A stretch of DNA of 64,000 nt, from the NCBI GenBank assembly GCA_010093815.1, contig ML996576.1, one strand, 5' to 3'. The DNA comes from Pseudovirgaria hyperparasitica (taxonomy: Eukaryota). The position numbers and the translations under genes are program-made. The notes under the pieces were generated by a model. The model had not been told where the DNA came from, made no database searches, and saw only the letters and a program-made list of their open reading frames with translations. How positions within the stretch are numbered: the first letter of the stretch is position 1; each line of letters opens with the position of its first letter. Positions 1 to 13,165 of this stretch are shown piece by piece.

Positions 1-755
1 GCGGGTCGGCTAAGAAAACAAGGTCACGTGCCGATTGCTTGATCTGGCGCCCCTTCACTAATTAGGCAGGGTACGGGTAGGTGGGCGCAGAGGTTCTGGC
101 AATTTGGGCGTCGGGTGCTTTGGGGGCGTTGGTGTACTGTATGTATTAGGTCGCGTTCGTCACCAACGCCCACGACCGCCCGCCCCAGGCCCCAGCCAGC
201 AAGTGCAAGTGCCAACCCCAACCCTGCGAAAACAATCTCCCAGGCTCCCAACTGCTTCCACTTGACCCGCCCGCCTCAGCGCTATCCACCGTATTGCCCA
301 GCTACTTGTGACAACTTCTCCATCCAGAATCACGACCACAACGCGTCATGGTCATCAAAATAAGTCGATAAATCATCTCAGCACTACTGGTTTCGTCGTA
401 ATACGAAGTTTGGTGAGTTTTGCGAGCTGGCAACGCGTTTGATGGTCGCTTGGGTCGTCCATCTGAGGCCCATTCCTCTCCCGCTGCAACGGTGAAAACT
501 TCACCTCGACCTCACCAAATTCTGCATCCAACTCCGCCAAGACCTCTATTCCAACGCAACTTTCCATCAAAGCCATACTGCGCAGTCATCAAGCTGCAAA
601 CATTATTGTCTTCACAGCTGTCTTCGAGACTCACGATAAATACAATAACTTGCTATCGCTTTTGATGATCGTTAAACCTTGGCTTTCACCTTTGCCTCGT
701 TCTATTTCTGCCTCAGACACTCAGGCATCCAGGCAGGCAGATTATCCACATTATC

Positions 756-2688
756 ATGGCGCAGCGAGTAACTGGCCAGCGCTTTCGACAGCGCAAGCTT
801 TCCACAAAGCAGAGCTTGCCAGTATTGCGAGAGAGCGAAGTTGACGGTCTCGTCGATGATGAAGCGCAAAGGCATGTCCCAAGAGTAGAAACTGGTGTTG
901 AAAAGGCTGAAGAGACTGTGCGTAATAGCTCCTGATAATTTTTAAGATGCCTATCGTTGACAGCCAACAGGAACATCATCTGCAAGCTGTGATATCTGCT
1001 TCTGCCGCTGCTGCCGTGGGTGGCAAGGTTGCACAACTTTACATACCTACTCCTGATGTTGTGCAGAATGAGAAGCAGTACGACAAGCTTTATCCTAAAG
1101 CTTTCAAACAGCCTGCAACTTACATTCGTACCTCCTCGACCGTTGAGGACGGAACGGGATGTCCATACACTGCGGACCACAGTGATTTCGTATTTCTGAA
1201 GGTTGCGAACCAGAGGAACGAAAAGTTGAAATGCACCGTGGATGAGTTCGAGATATTGATGAATTCGTTTGAAGAGACAGCTGCTTCGAAACAGCCTTAT
1301 GCTGCTGTCAGTAACGCTCCAGTACTTTCATATGACGACGTGGAAGCAGCGATGAGCGACGAAGTTCCCGAGGAAGCTCGGACATTCGCCAAAGTGGTAT
1401 ATGAGCATTGGAAGTCAAGGAGGGTAGCGAACGGTAATCGTTCATTGTCACCATCTTTGAAATTTGAGACCAATGTAGAAACGGACGACGCAGACCCCTA
1501 TGTTTGCTTCAGACGCAGAGAGGTCCGGCAGACACGGAAGACTCGCGGCCGAGATGCACAAGCCACTGAAAAGTGCAATACATTAAGGTGGCAACTTGAG
1601 CAGGCTCGAGATCTCATGCGCAAGACTGTTATCAAGGTGCAAACAGATCATAAGGCGCTTCTGCTCGAGCGAGACGTGTTCCTGCAAAGGAAGGCCGTCA
1701 GGGAGATGAGACGAACCCTTAACATTAAAGGCGACGATGACGACCTCATCAACCAGAAAGTGAGTACCGGCAGACCATATCACAGTCACAGATTGTTGAC
1801 ACCTTCCAGCCTGCACAGAAGCCCAAGCCCAAGGCCGAGCCGAATATGGCACAGCGTGGTGTACCAGGTTTGGGTGTGAAGACGCCCTTGCCACGTGCTG
1901 ACGGTCGTCCTTTCGACTCCGATCTTCTTTCCCTGCAAGACCAGAAGGCAAGAAAGAAGGAATCGATCACATCGTTTATCGATGACAACTTGAACAAGCA
2001 TCAAGATTGGAACAAGGGATACGTCGATATGACTTGGCGACCAATAACTCCTCCTTTAGAGCAATCGTTGAAATCCACATTTAGGCCTGCAATCGTAGTC
2101 GCATTACCGACTCCACCCGCCTCCGAGGAAGGTGAGCCCATGGACATTGATGAGACAACTGTAGGCAAACGTCGTAGAGATTCTTTTGACGTGCAGTATG
2201 AAACGTCTCGCGTTCCTCCCTGGGAAAATCCAGAAAAGCGACCTTCATTTCGGCGTCGTACTGGTCGTGGTGGCCGTGTCATGATTGATCGCCGAGGCAT
2301 TCAGCGAGATCGTGATAATGCCAATGAGTTCTATGCTCCGAGAGCCTACACTTCCCCGTCTCACAAAGAAAGCAAATCGCTGTACCCTGGACAGCGGGCA
2401 CTTAAGCGGTCGTTTGGCGATCTAGAAATGTACGATCGACCTACGGCTAAGCGTCAGATAAGCGACCATGATGCTCATCGCACATTCGACCGGTTTAAAT
2501 ATGATAGAGACAGCGACGAGGACGAAGAGCTCTACGTTATCGATCCACATTCGGACTCACATATGAAGTACAGAGTCCTCATGGAGAGGTCAACTTCGAC
2601 TCTTCAATTACGAAGAAGTCAAGGCGGACAGCCACCTGGCCATCATCGATCAGCGTCTGGGCAACACTTGATACCTCCACCAGCCTGA
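756..2688 (+). CDS. EPL1: Enhancer of polycomb-like protein 1 (NuA4 subunit); 3 exons, introns 918-970 and 1760-1809
   Basis: Spliced N-terminus MAQRVTGQRFRQRKLSTKQSLPVL..ETGVEKAEET|EHHLQAVIS. EPcA motifs YIPTP, FKQPATYIR and DPYVCFRRRE. GT..AG junctions join ORFs 947-1879 and 1846-2688 in frame. Confidence 0.95.
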
Positions 2689-3189
2689 GTATTCTCTCAA
2701 CCACCGATTCCCATCGTTTACTCGCAGGCGAATGTAGTTTCGGTGAAGAAGACGAGTTCAAAGTCTCGATTGCGAAAGGACAACCAGCCGCCTCGTAACT
2801 ATCGATCGGCATGTGGGCAACATTTTACACACGCTCACATGAACATGGTCTCGCCTATTGTTTCTTCCCTTATTCCCATTCCCATCATCTCTTCCTTTTG
2901 GATGTTGTTCTGCTACAAGATACCACCTGTGTTTTAGCCCGGAGTTTTTGCTCATGTTCAATACTGGCGTGGGAGGCAATTTTGTATGTACATTAGAGAG
3001 TTGTCATCAGCTTGCTGAATGGCAGCGGCTAACCAGCGATGGTGTTCGTGGCAGTTGCGAGCGAGAACTTTGGCCTGTGTATCGGATGCGGATGTACTCT
3101 GTAGTAGGTACGGGTCGGCTATCACGCCGAAAAGTCGTGATTTTTGTCAGTAGAACTGAGACGTAAGATCTATCGCATACGCTGCACGC

Positions 3190-4801
3190 TTAGCCAACTT
3201 TACGTTTTTTGCTTGATCCATCATCAGTGTGAAATCTTGGATTACGTTTATGATCTTTCTCCGATTCGATCGCGGTGGCTTCCAGTCGTTGTAGAATTTG
3301 CTCAGCCTCTCTGAGTGCAGACTTCTCACCTAGTCGGACTTCCAGTGCCATTTGCATTCGGTATGAATGGCGTGATAGATTATTTTGAGTATGACTTGCG
3401 AGCAGTGAGCTGAGTGCGACTTCATCATCCTCAAAGGTTGTCGCGTATTGCATTGCACGATTCCTTACTAGCTTCGACAGTAGGCTGGCTACTTTCGAAG
3501 ATATACTCCCAATCTTAGGGAGCTTCCCGCGCTCCTTCATTTGCTCAAAGTCTGCGGTAGGCATCAAAAGAGCCGCAATAACTGTGAGCAATTCAGGCGA
3601 GAAGATTTCCTGTATCGGCTCTCCGGGGACTGGTCGGCAAATATCATAGCCTGTGTCAATGATCCCCTCGCCGTCAAGGTACTCGAGCTACATGATGATT
3701 AGCGGGGCTCGGCATAGGTGACACCAAGGCAAAGATCACACATACTCTAGAATCTATCTCTTCGCGTGATATCGCGCCATTTTGGGCCACAGTATCAATT
3801 AGGATCTCATGCGAGACTTCAACAACGTCAAATTTGGCATAGTTCGAGGTGACGTATCCGTAGCGGCGCAACAGATCTGATCTGGGTAGCGGGCCGTAAT
3901 CGTTGAAGATCTCCTCACCCGCAGCTATAGGCTTGATGGCCTTCATCACTAGTGCATCTTCCTGGTAGAAAAGTCTGGCCTGCGTTCAATGAGTAAGTTT
4001 TCGTGGGTAGAGAATCGGGCAAAATTACATTGTTTCGATCGGCGTCTGCGTTGAGCATGTCGGCTAGAGGAACCATTCCTTTCGGAAGGACCTCATCATC
4101 CTCATCAGAAGTGTATCCTTCCTCATCAAACTCTTTGTCTCCGTCTTTCTTCTCTATATCAAAAGCGTAGGCCATGATGGTTGAGGCCATGCGGTGAGCA
4201 AGGCTGAGCAGCTCCTCATCGGATATGAAGTTGCCATTCAGGAAGAGGATGGCGCCATTCGAATGAAATATAGGTAGTATCGTTTCGCGGAAGGTCTTGT
4301 CTGCCGAATCCCTCCCAATCTTGTTTCTGACTGCACTGGCTTGTAGTTCTTCCAACTCTTCTTGTGTCCAAAACATGAGAGTATCAAAAGTCAGAGGTAG
4401 GACGTCGAAGTATGGTTTCCAGGGTGAAGCGGAACCTTTCAGGTGCTCGTACATCATGACAAGGATCAGTGCGGTCCATGAATCTAGTTCTTCTAGAACT
4501 TGCGGTAGCTTTGCCGAAAGGTCTGAGTTCTCAGCAATGAGTATGACCTCGCGAGGGATAGTGAAGAGAATTTCGTCTTCAATGATGTCGCTTGTGGCAA
4601 CTACATAGAGTCAGTCAGAGCTCATCTGGAAGTCAAAAGTAATTATGAAGGGAAGAGCTTCTTCGTTTTGCAAGACTTACCAACACCTCGCCCAGCATGT
4701 TGGCTCCGAAGGTCTGCCAAGGAAATCTTACTGTTGAGCGATACAGACGATGTAGACAGCCAGGACAGAAAGGCTTGGGACCTCTCCTCAAACTCAATCA
4801 T
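3190..4801 (-). CDS. RKM4: SET-domain N-lysine methyltransferase (SETD6/Rkm4-like) with Rubisco-LSMT-type C-terminus; introns 4680-4601, 4028-3980, 3745-3688
   Basis: Motifs DLRSQHAGRGVVA, SPWKPYFDVLP, MVPLADMLNAD, GEEIFNDYGPLPRSDLLRRYGY and MALEVRLGEK. Exons joined by hand at canonical splice sites. Confidence 0.85.
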
Positions 4802-4999
4802 ATCGAGCTGCAATTATGAATTTGTGGGTGTAAAAAGCGGTGTCTTCCATAGAGTAGTCTTAAGTTGTAGTTACTAAATAAGATGGTCGGTAGGCGCACT
4901 CGCTAATGATGCAAAGTGGGTCCAACGGTCCAACGTCTCATTGGCTACGGGCATGATATTGGCAGAAGTCTCCAAAATCTAATTAGGTCGTTCCTCCTT

Positions 5000-5900
5000 A
5001 TACTTGCGCATTGCCGCTTTTATCTTTTTATTCATCATGAGTTATTCTCAGCTAGGTATGGAAGATATCTAGAGCATATAGTCAAGACTATCTCGAACAA
5101 GATCTCGAGGTGGAGAGTAACTGGTCAGGGGCTCCGCCTGGACCTGGTGTAATGGCACAGAACTGAGAAAACTAATGTTAACAGCTTTAAATTGAATTTT
5201 TATTCCTTTCATAAGGGTTCCTATCACTAATAGAACTGTCAAAATTCATGTTTATCATTTATTCTGGGAAAAATCTGCACCTCAAATTTGCCTTACGAGT
5301 TAGCTAGTCCCCGGCTATAGAAGAGCTCTCTTATGTGGGGGACTTGTAGACCTTAGAGACTTGCTCTTTCATCTAACAAAGCCTCTTGAAATGCAAGATA
5401 AAATGTATTCCTTGAGTGGGAAGCTGAGTCCATTATACTTAAACTCACTGTTTCTATTTCACAAGTCATGTCTCCCGTTGATTCTTCTTCTTCGAATTAC
5501 CCCAACTTACGTCTACATTAAACTTCGTTATCACAAGATCTACGTACACTAACCTATCACTTTTGAGATAATTCAAGTCTAAACTATACCCTGAACTGTG
5601 CTGAAGTAGCTTGGCTCTATATCATCTTGTCCTAAGGTAAACTTGGATTACTACAAGTATCCACTCTCTTTATATGAGCATTCGAATTTTGACCGGTGGA
5701 CTTTCCTCCACTATTTTTGCTGATATATAACCCGATAAAAGTGATCGAATAAGCTTTCACAATAAGTTTTCGAAATGTTGGTACGAGGCATTCAATCATT
5801 TCGTTTCCAAGCAATAAGGCTCTCTGTCGCGTGCTCGCGTGATTTTCATCTTCCTGGTCAGGCTTCTCAGCCGTAACCTGTTCGATTTGACCCATATGTA
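5000..5900. other. AT-rich, TpA-rich tract consistent with a RIP-degraded relic
   Basis: AT content is visibly higher than in the flanking genes, with many TA/TAG/CTA words and no intact long ORF. Judged by eye, not computed. Confidence 0.45.
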
Positions 5901-6588
5901 TCCGCATTCAACTGATACCGTGCTAGGACATTAGTCTGGTGAGTGACACTTCAGGCACATTTCAGGCAGTAAAGTGTCCTGGATTAATGTCCCTTCACTG
6001 TACGCAGGTACGTCCAACGTATATCTCACGCATAGTATATCACACACTACCTAGGTAAAATGCCATCTTAAGGTCGCTGCCGCATGCGCTGCAAGCTTTT
6101 TTATTTTGTCCGGTGTCATCGCCGCATCATATGTAAGGTCCTGATCGACTACATAGCGGAACCGTATCGAACATATCTTATCTCATAAAGAGCCAATCGT
6201 GTTCTACCTGATCGCTCCCGAGTCGCTCTTGGCGAGCTGACTTAGCCAACCCAGGTTTCGTGCTAGATGTCGATCATTGTCATCAAGGCAGAATATACAG
6301 TAAAAGGACTGCCAATACCCATGCATTCTGACGAGGCCCAAAAAGCACACCAATGAATCATCCAAACACCAGGTTTCGATCTGTGACGAGAACATAACAA
6401 GAAGAAATGCAGAAATAAAGATTGATAGGAAATGGCAGAAATGAAAAGGAGAATACAAAGGTACCGCGAATGACAAAGTGAACTCTTTAACTCGAGGTAT
6501 GCAAACCATCCCAACGCCATCGAATCCCAGCTCAAATATCACAGTACACTCGTGCCGCCAATTTCAAATCGAAATGACCAAACTGCCT

Positions 6589-8259
6589 CTACCCCAGGCC
6601 AGTATTGCTGCCGTTGCTACCACTTAAATTCAACATCTGGCGAAGTCTAGATTCCATATCCTGGACATCTGGAGAAGCTGATGCGCCAGCTGAAGTTGCA
6701 CGGTAGCCGGTTGGTTGAGTGGGATTATAGGGTGCTCTATCTGGTAAATTGGGAACCAGATCAACTGAGGATGCATGGTACTTATATAGTGGACCACTTG
6801 GAGATGGATTTGAGTAACGTGGCACAGGCTGCGTATATGCATTTTGATGGCCTCCCGGTATTGGACTTGCATTGGATATGTGCGACTTCAAGTAGTTTCT
6901 GGAGAATGCGGAGACGTCATGAGGCAAAGGACCAAAGCGGCCGGGAGAAGTAGGTGTTGGCACGGCGTCTCTGGATGATGCCGAATATCTTGGTTGCTGG
7001 GGCGATGCAATCTCTTGACGTAGACCTGACGATCGTTGCCTAGTGTCGCCTTGCGCAGCTTTGAACAGAGGCGACAGGTTCCGGTTCCCATAGTGGTATG
7101 TGTCAAGCATAGGAACCTGATCTTGCTGCTGCTGTACCGGAGTGGCAGGACCGGATGTGCTTCGGGAGCCTGGACCGGGACGGTTGAATGGAGAAGGACT
7201 GTGAAACTCTGGCACGTAGTCGGACCGGATTGGCGTGGCTTTGGCGCCTGTCTGAGGATCTCGTCCAGGGGGGCCAAATAATTTGGCTTTCAGAGATTGA
7301 GTCATATTCTCCTGATCATGATAGGGATTCCGGGCACGTGGGAGTGTCGAAGGAGAAGTTCTGGAACGATTCGACGCAAATATTTCGTTCGGGCTCCTAG
7401 GGTGACTTCCATGGCGAGAAGCATTGGCATCGCTTCCTTCAAGTTCTATAGGGAACAACCTTCCAGACCCGGCTGAAGGCTGTCGATTGTGTTGCCGGGA
7501 CAAACCACCGAAAGAACTTTCGCGTGAGTCAGTCCGGTCGAGGGTGCTGCTATTTGGTGTCAAGACCCCACTACTTCTTTTCGCTTTCTGTTCTCGGTCT
7601 GAATTGAATAGGAAATCCAAAGGTGACTCCTCGTTCCGTGGCGGTACGGAGATTTCTTCCCCAACAGGTGGTGGACTTCTTCTTTGATCTGCCTCCATAC
7701 GGGCCTGGAGGCCGGATTCGTTCACATCGGCAGGCACTGATTTCGAAAAGAACCTTGGCTTCGGAAGAGTCGAAGGTGCAGGAGAAGCATGAAACGTAGG
7801 ACCAGCGTATGCCATCGGTTTGGGACCAGGCGTTGTAGCAGGTACCGGCTCTGGTACAACAGCATGGCCAGAATGTCTGTACGGTGGCGAGCCATACCCT
7901 TCGTTCCCATGATATGGGCTTCTTTTTGGTTTGGGAGGGCGCTTACGCTTCATGTTCTGGGCGCTCTCGGAGCCCGCGACACCATCATCGGTCACATTGC
8001 CCGTCGTTTGGTTTTCCACATCGGTATTGGAATCGACCACCTGAGATTCGGAATGATAATTCTGATCATGGTTGTGTTTGTTGCTCTTCTGGCGATTTCT
8101 GTTCGACCGTACTGGGGTTGTATGTGACGTGTTGGGTTCGCCTATCGTCTCGTCGGTGGAATTGTGATGTTTCACGCGAGGAGCCTTTTGAGGCGGTGTC
8201 AAGACCTTTGTGGACATGTGAGGCAAGCGCAGACCTTGATCAAGTCGCGCAGTTTCCAA
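6589..8259 (-). CDS. Low-complexity protein with PNRC/Edc1-type motif (putative mRNA decapping activator); the true start may be the second Met (MSTKV)
   Basis: 556-aa intronless P/S/R/Q-rich ORF containing YAGPTFHASPAPSTLPKP (YAGxxF plus LPxP) and a C-terminal helix MESRLRQMLNL. Confidence 0.75.
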   Translation of the reverse strand: METARLDQGLRLPHMSTKVLTPPQKAPRVKHHNSTDETIGEPNTSHTTPVRSNRNRQKSNKHNHDQNYHSESQVVDSNTDVENQTTGNVTDDGVAGSESAQNMKRKRPPKPKRSPYHGNEGYGSPPYRHSGHAVVPEPVPATTPGPKPMAYAGPTFHASPAPSTLPKPRFFSKSVPADVNESGLQARMEADQRRSPPPVGEEISVPPRNEESPLDFLFNSDREQKAKRSSGVLTPNSSTLDRTDSRESSFGGLSRQHNRQPSAGSGRLFPIELEGSDANASRHGSHPRSPNEIFASNRSRTSPSTLPRARNPYHDQENMTQSLKAKLFGPPGRDPQTGAKATPIRSDYVPEFHSPSPFNRPGPGSRSTSGPATPVQQQQDQVPMLDTYHYGNRNLSPLFKAAQGDTRQRSSGLRQEIASPQQPRYSASSRDAVPTPTSPGRFGPLPHDVSAFSRNYLKSHISNASPIPGGHQNAYTQPVPRYSNPSPSGPLYKYHASSVDLVPNLPDRAPYNPTQPTGYRATSAGASASPDVQDMESRLRQMLNLSGSNGSNTGLG

Positions 8260-8911
8260 TGAACCGGTGATGTGTAGGACAAGACGACAGGAGCAATATA
8301 ATGGTCTTTATCGTTGAGGTTGGCGTGGTTTAGGCGGACACGTTGTAGGTGAACGATGCAGGTACTGTGAATTTGAGTATGAATAATAGATTTCTAGTCG
8401 AAGAAGTTGAATGTCGGAGGGTTTTAAAGGATTAGTGAAGATCATATCTGTGAATGTTCTTGTTGAGACGTAAGAAGTGTCGTCGTCGCTGGTCAGAGAA
8501 GCTGGAAACAAGCGGCCTTTTGGCTGCCCAGCATTGCGCCCAATCCAGCTTCCTCTAGCGGGGTTTGCTCGGAATGCAGACATAGCCCAGGCATAATAAT
8601 AGAGCTATTCTGGTAAGGCTGAAAGCAACCTTATACATAATTACGTCCCCGCCGTCGTCACTACGTACTCGCGACAGTTAAGTGGCGTGCGTAAATGTTT
8701 CTGAAGATCTTAGGGATATTCTCCTCCGCAACACCTCACCTCGCCTCATATCCCTGCAAACTCGACTCTTGAAGCTCGCTAGGAATACAGCCAGGCACCC
8801 ACGCTCATCGCATTTACTTGCCTACAGGCTCATCGCTGAAGCCTAGCTCCTCCACCTTACAAAAGCTTCGACATCACAGAATACAATACACTTCGCAACA
8901 CATACACAAAT

Positions 8912-9380
<469 letters not shown>

Positions 9381-9515
9381 AGAATCTGGGTCTGGATATG
9401 GTTACGACCATGATACTGAAGCCAACAACGGACTCTGGGAGCTGTCCGACTGTTGAGCCTGACATGGTCGACTGAAGCTCATGCATGGCTTTATGGCGTT
9501 AAACAGGCAAGTGGA

Positions 9516-9547
9516 ATGGCGGTATGGCGGTATGGCGGTATGGCGGG
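9516..9547 (+). repeat. 8-bp tandem repeat (ATGGCGGT), about 4 copies
   Basis: Read directly; lies between the convergent 3' ends of RBX1 and SPC1. Confidence 0.85.
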
Positions 9548-9679
9548 TGACAAGGACATCATGGAGCACCACAAGATGCCACCAACACAACAGAGGAGAT
9601 GTGCAAATAGTACTTCAGCGTATTTTACGCTGCTCTTGAACCAAAGTATCGTCTTAAATAGCCGTGCTCCCAATTTCTC

Positions 9680-10095
9680 TCAGTTCACTTTCTTGCCATT
9701 TACTTGTATGTTGATCCCCGAGGTACCACCGCTCTGTCTCGGCAACCATGCGATAGGATGTTTGTTGTATAGGGGCCATGGTGGAACGACAGCGAGGAAG
9801 GTGAGGGCAGCTCCGCCGAGTCCGATGTACAGTGTTGAAGCGATGTCCTGGGCGATATACCCGTAGAGAAAGGCGATAATCTGTCATCGCGTTAAATTGA
9901 AGCTAGGTTGAAACCTCCGAGCCCGATCTTACCCCAGATATAGCCAGTAGGGCTGTGGTTAGAAGTTCAGCCAACCGTTGACCCTCAAAGTCCTAGAAGC
10001 ATGGTTAGTGAAGGCAATGTCGCTGAAGATGGGGATGGACATACGATCTGACCTTCCAGGGCATCGCGCACATTCTCCAGCAGTTCGTCAGCCAT
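9680..10095 (-). CDS. SPC1: Signal peptidase complex subunit 1 (SPC12 family), 103 aa; exons 10095-10045, 9992-9933, 9880-9680
   Basis: Hand-spliced MADELLENVRDALEGQI|DFEGQRLAELLTTALLAISG|IIAFLYGYIAQD..LTFLAVVPPWPLYNKHPIAWLP..GKKVN*. IDFEGQ and VPPWP.YN.HP..W are family hallmarks. Donors GTATGT and GTAAGA. Confidence 0.95.
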
Positions 10096-10316
10096 TCTGG
10101 TTGTATGCGGGTGTTTGTAAGAGAGCTTTCTGGTGTGAGCTGGTGAGGTCAATGTGGCCCTTGGAGTTGAATGAACCCTTCTCGTACGCTGACTTAGGCG
10201 TAGTTTGTATCCCGCTTTCAGCCTTACCTGGGTGATAACACGACCGCCGCATCATCACTGGAGTTGCAATGCGCAACTCAACATCCCCTCTTTGATTAAG
10301 TTGAGTGGCTCTCAAG

Positions 10317-11076
10317 ATGCCAGTGAGTACCATCAGGAGTGCTCCCTGTCTTATCCCATATTTAACAACTTGTCAGGCCTATCACTCTGTGTTCCTCGAT
10401 GAGCCCAACCAGCAATTAGCAGGTATATGCCTATTCAACCCCTCCTAAATCTCAACCTTCACCCGGTCTCTCGCCATCTCTACTTTATACGCTCTCTGAC
10501 GATCCCAAGGAAACTTTGCCCTCCTCCCACTCCGCACACGTACCCGCGGTCCGGCCCTGCAACTCCCGCCACTCCCCGCCGGCGAATCCGACCTCACAAT
10601 CGATGCCTCGCACGAATCCTATGACCCGCTCGACGAGATCCTTTCACTCTTCCGCGCCAATACCTTCTTCCGCAACTTTGAGATCAAGGGTCCCGCTGAT
10701 CGCGTGCTCATCTATGGAATTCTGTACATTAGCGAGATTCTAGGCAAGATCCGCCCGGGCATGAGCAGGAGAGAGGCTGAAAAGGCGGTCATGACGGTTG
10801 CGTTGGACAACAACTTTGCGGTACCGGGCGATGTGGGATTTCCGCTAAACCAAGCCTTTGAGGCACCCAGAGAGCGGAATGAGGTAGATGCGCTGAGGGG
10901 TTATATGGGCCAAATGAGGCAGGAATTAGCGGTGAGGTTACTAAACAGGGTCTACGCGGACGGAGACAGTCCGAGTAAAGTATGTTTCGAAAAGAGATAC
11001 TCTGCGCACGTGTGCTGACAGGTTATAGTGGTGGCTGAGTTTTACGAAAAGAAAATTCATGGGCAAGCAACTGTGA
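10317..11076 (+). CDS. ARC18: Arp2/3 complex subunit 3 (p21-ARC); exons 10317-10322, 10377-10422, 10510-10979, 11029-11076
   Basis: Spliced MP|AYHSVFLD..G|NFALLPLRTRTRGPA..DEILSLFRANTFFRNFEIKGPADRVLIYGIL..PSK|WWLSFTKRKFMGKQL*. Confidence 0.96.
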
Positions 11077-11245
11077 GGGTTACAATGAGGTCGGAAGTGG
11101 AAATGGGAATTACGCATAAAGCGTGCTGGCAAGGGCCTCAGAGTATGGCCAAAATAGGTAAGCTTTTATGGCAAAGTCCCAGCAGCAATACAAACATCAC
11201 AAAGCATTGTATACTCTGGACGTGTTCTTAACTTTTCATTGTGTG

Positions 11246-13165
11246 CTATGATGCATCTGCCATACTGGCATCGCCATCTGCAGGTGAGTCGAGCACTGAC
11301 GTATCATCTTCTCCTGGATTAGTCTTCTTAGCTGCGCCATTCAAGATTGGCACTGAATCTTCAGGAGCTGTCTTCCTCTTTTTCGTAAATCTGCCTCTCG
11401 CTTCCACCTTACCATCCACGGGGAACACTCGCATAGCCGTGAACAAATATCCTTCAGCAAGACCCCTACTCATCATCATAGGGTGCGTTCTACCAGGTAA
11501 AACCTGCCATTGCCGAGCTCTCACAGTCTGTAACATAGGCCCTAATAGCAGTGTGGGATTGACAGGGAAGTCGGTCTCATCAATGGGGTTGCCTTGAGCA
11601 ATTTCCTGCATATACGGCGCCTTGCGATCCTTCGAATAAAGATCCATGAGCTCAGCCAACGATTCCACGTTGGGCGAGTACACGACGACTTGCGCCCCAC
11701 CCCTGAGCAGCGGCACTGTGTGCTTGAGGATGTCCTTTATATCCATAGTGCTAGCTATTACGATTCCATCAAAGCCGCCGGCGCGGGTTTCATTGACCAC
11801 GCGTGTAACTTTCTCCCAGCGTCGTCGCTTGCGGTAGTATGTTCCCCGCTTGCCGGCTTTCCAGGAGGCGAGAGTATCAGGGGATACTTCTTCCGGCTCT
11901 TCGTATCCAGCATCTTCTTCGGGATGCAGCAGTTGTAGCCACGATATCGTCTTCAGGTGTTGGTAGAACGGATGCGTTGTGACAGTGGCTGATGTGTCGT
12001 ACCCAAAGTACTTTAGGAGGCCGAGGTTGGGTTGCGCCGCCGAGTGTATGACAGTGAGAGTATTGGTTTTGGCGGACATTTCGGGGACAAAGTTGTAGTT
12101 CCGCCGTCGCCTAGGGGGCTGGTCTATCGAAAGATCTTCTTTCTGTGTCTCAGCTCGCGCTGCTGGTTGCTCTGTATTCTCTGGTTGTTCTTGTGCAACA
12201 TCATGATGCACGTCATGCGCCCCTTGCTCCTGCTCTGTTTGGTCCTCGTCCCAATCGCCATTCTCGTCGTCTTCTCCAGAATACAGAATTCCCATTCTCT
12301 CCGCAAGGGATGCGACCAAAATGCCCCCTGTGTCGTCAATGCAGAGCCACCTGCCGCCTCCTATTATGCCACTGCCGTCTTCTGAAGGATATATCCTCTG
12401 CGATCCGCCATAGTGAATGTTTGCCCAGCTGTTTATGAGGCCGAGAATCTCCTCCCGCACTTCCATTATCCGTACCGCCTGAATATCCAACATGGTGTTG
12501 ACAAGCATCGCAACATCTAGCGGTAAGATTGTCACGCGCTTCATATATTTCTTCGACTTCCTTAGAGTATATTTGGCCAGTGAGAACGATGTCTTCTCGT
12601 CCAGAGCATTATGCGAAGCCATGATCTTAGCAATTATATCTTTCCCTGAGCCTGAGCCTGCCTTCTTGAGCTCTTCAATCTCTTCGTAGGTCAATGCCTG
12701 CCGTGACGCATCGTCCACCGTCAGGCGATTGTTGCGCATGAGGACCTCGCCATTTTCGCCTACAATGTCAAATTCGACGCCGCCGTTTGTTATTTCTACC
12801 TTTTCCTCCCTTGAGTCGGCAACGCTTGCCGTGGGTTCTGTAATTGCATCGGCATGAAGCTCCGAGGCAGGAACAATGCGTAGCTGTGTAGCGATTCTAT
12901 TCTTCTCGTCGTGCTCAAGCTCAACGAGCTCGAATGTTACGTGATAAGGGCGGCCAATGAGAAGATTCGTGGGAAACGAACCATACTTCCCTATTGAGAT
13001 AATACTGCAGATCTATATAAGCTTGTATTCGAGCAGGAGGTGTGCACGCATGCGCTTGAGATCGCGTCTCTTAACGTACGTGTTAGGTACAATCTCCGTA
13101 ACCTTTAACACACCTGAAGGTAAACGGAGACAGACATAGGTATTCGGGCGGATATATGAATGCAT
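11246..13165 (-). CDS. GCD10: tRNA m1A58 methyltransferase non-catalytic subunit (Trm6/Gcd10); intron 13079-13005
   Basis: N-terminus MHSYIRPNTYVCLRLPS..PNT|IISIGKYGSFPTNLLIGRPY. Also NNRLTVDD..QALTYEEIEELKK, KTSFSLAKY and RQWQVLPGRTHPMM. Confidence 0.93.
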
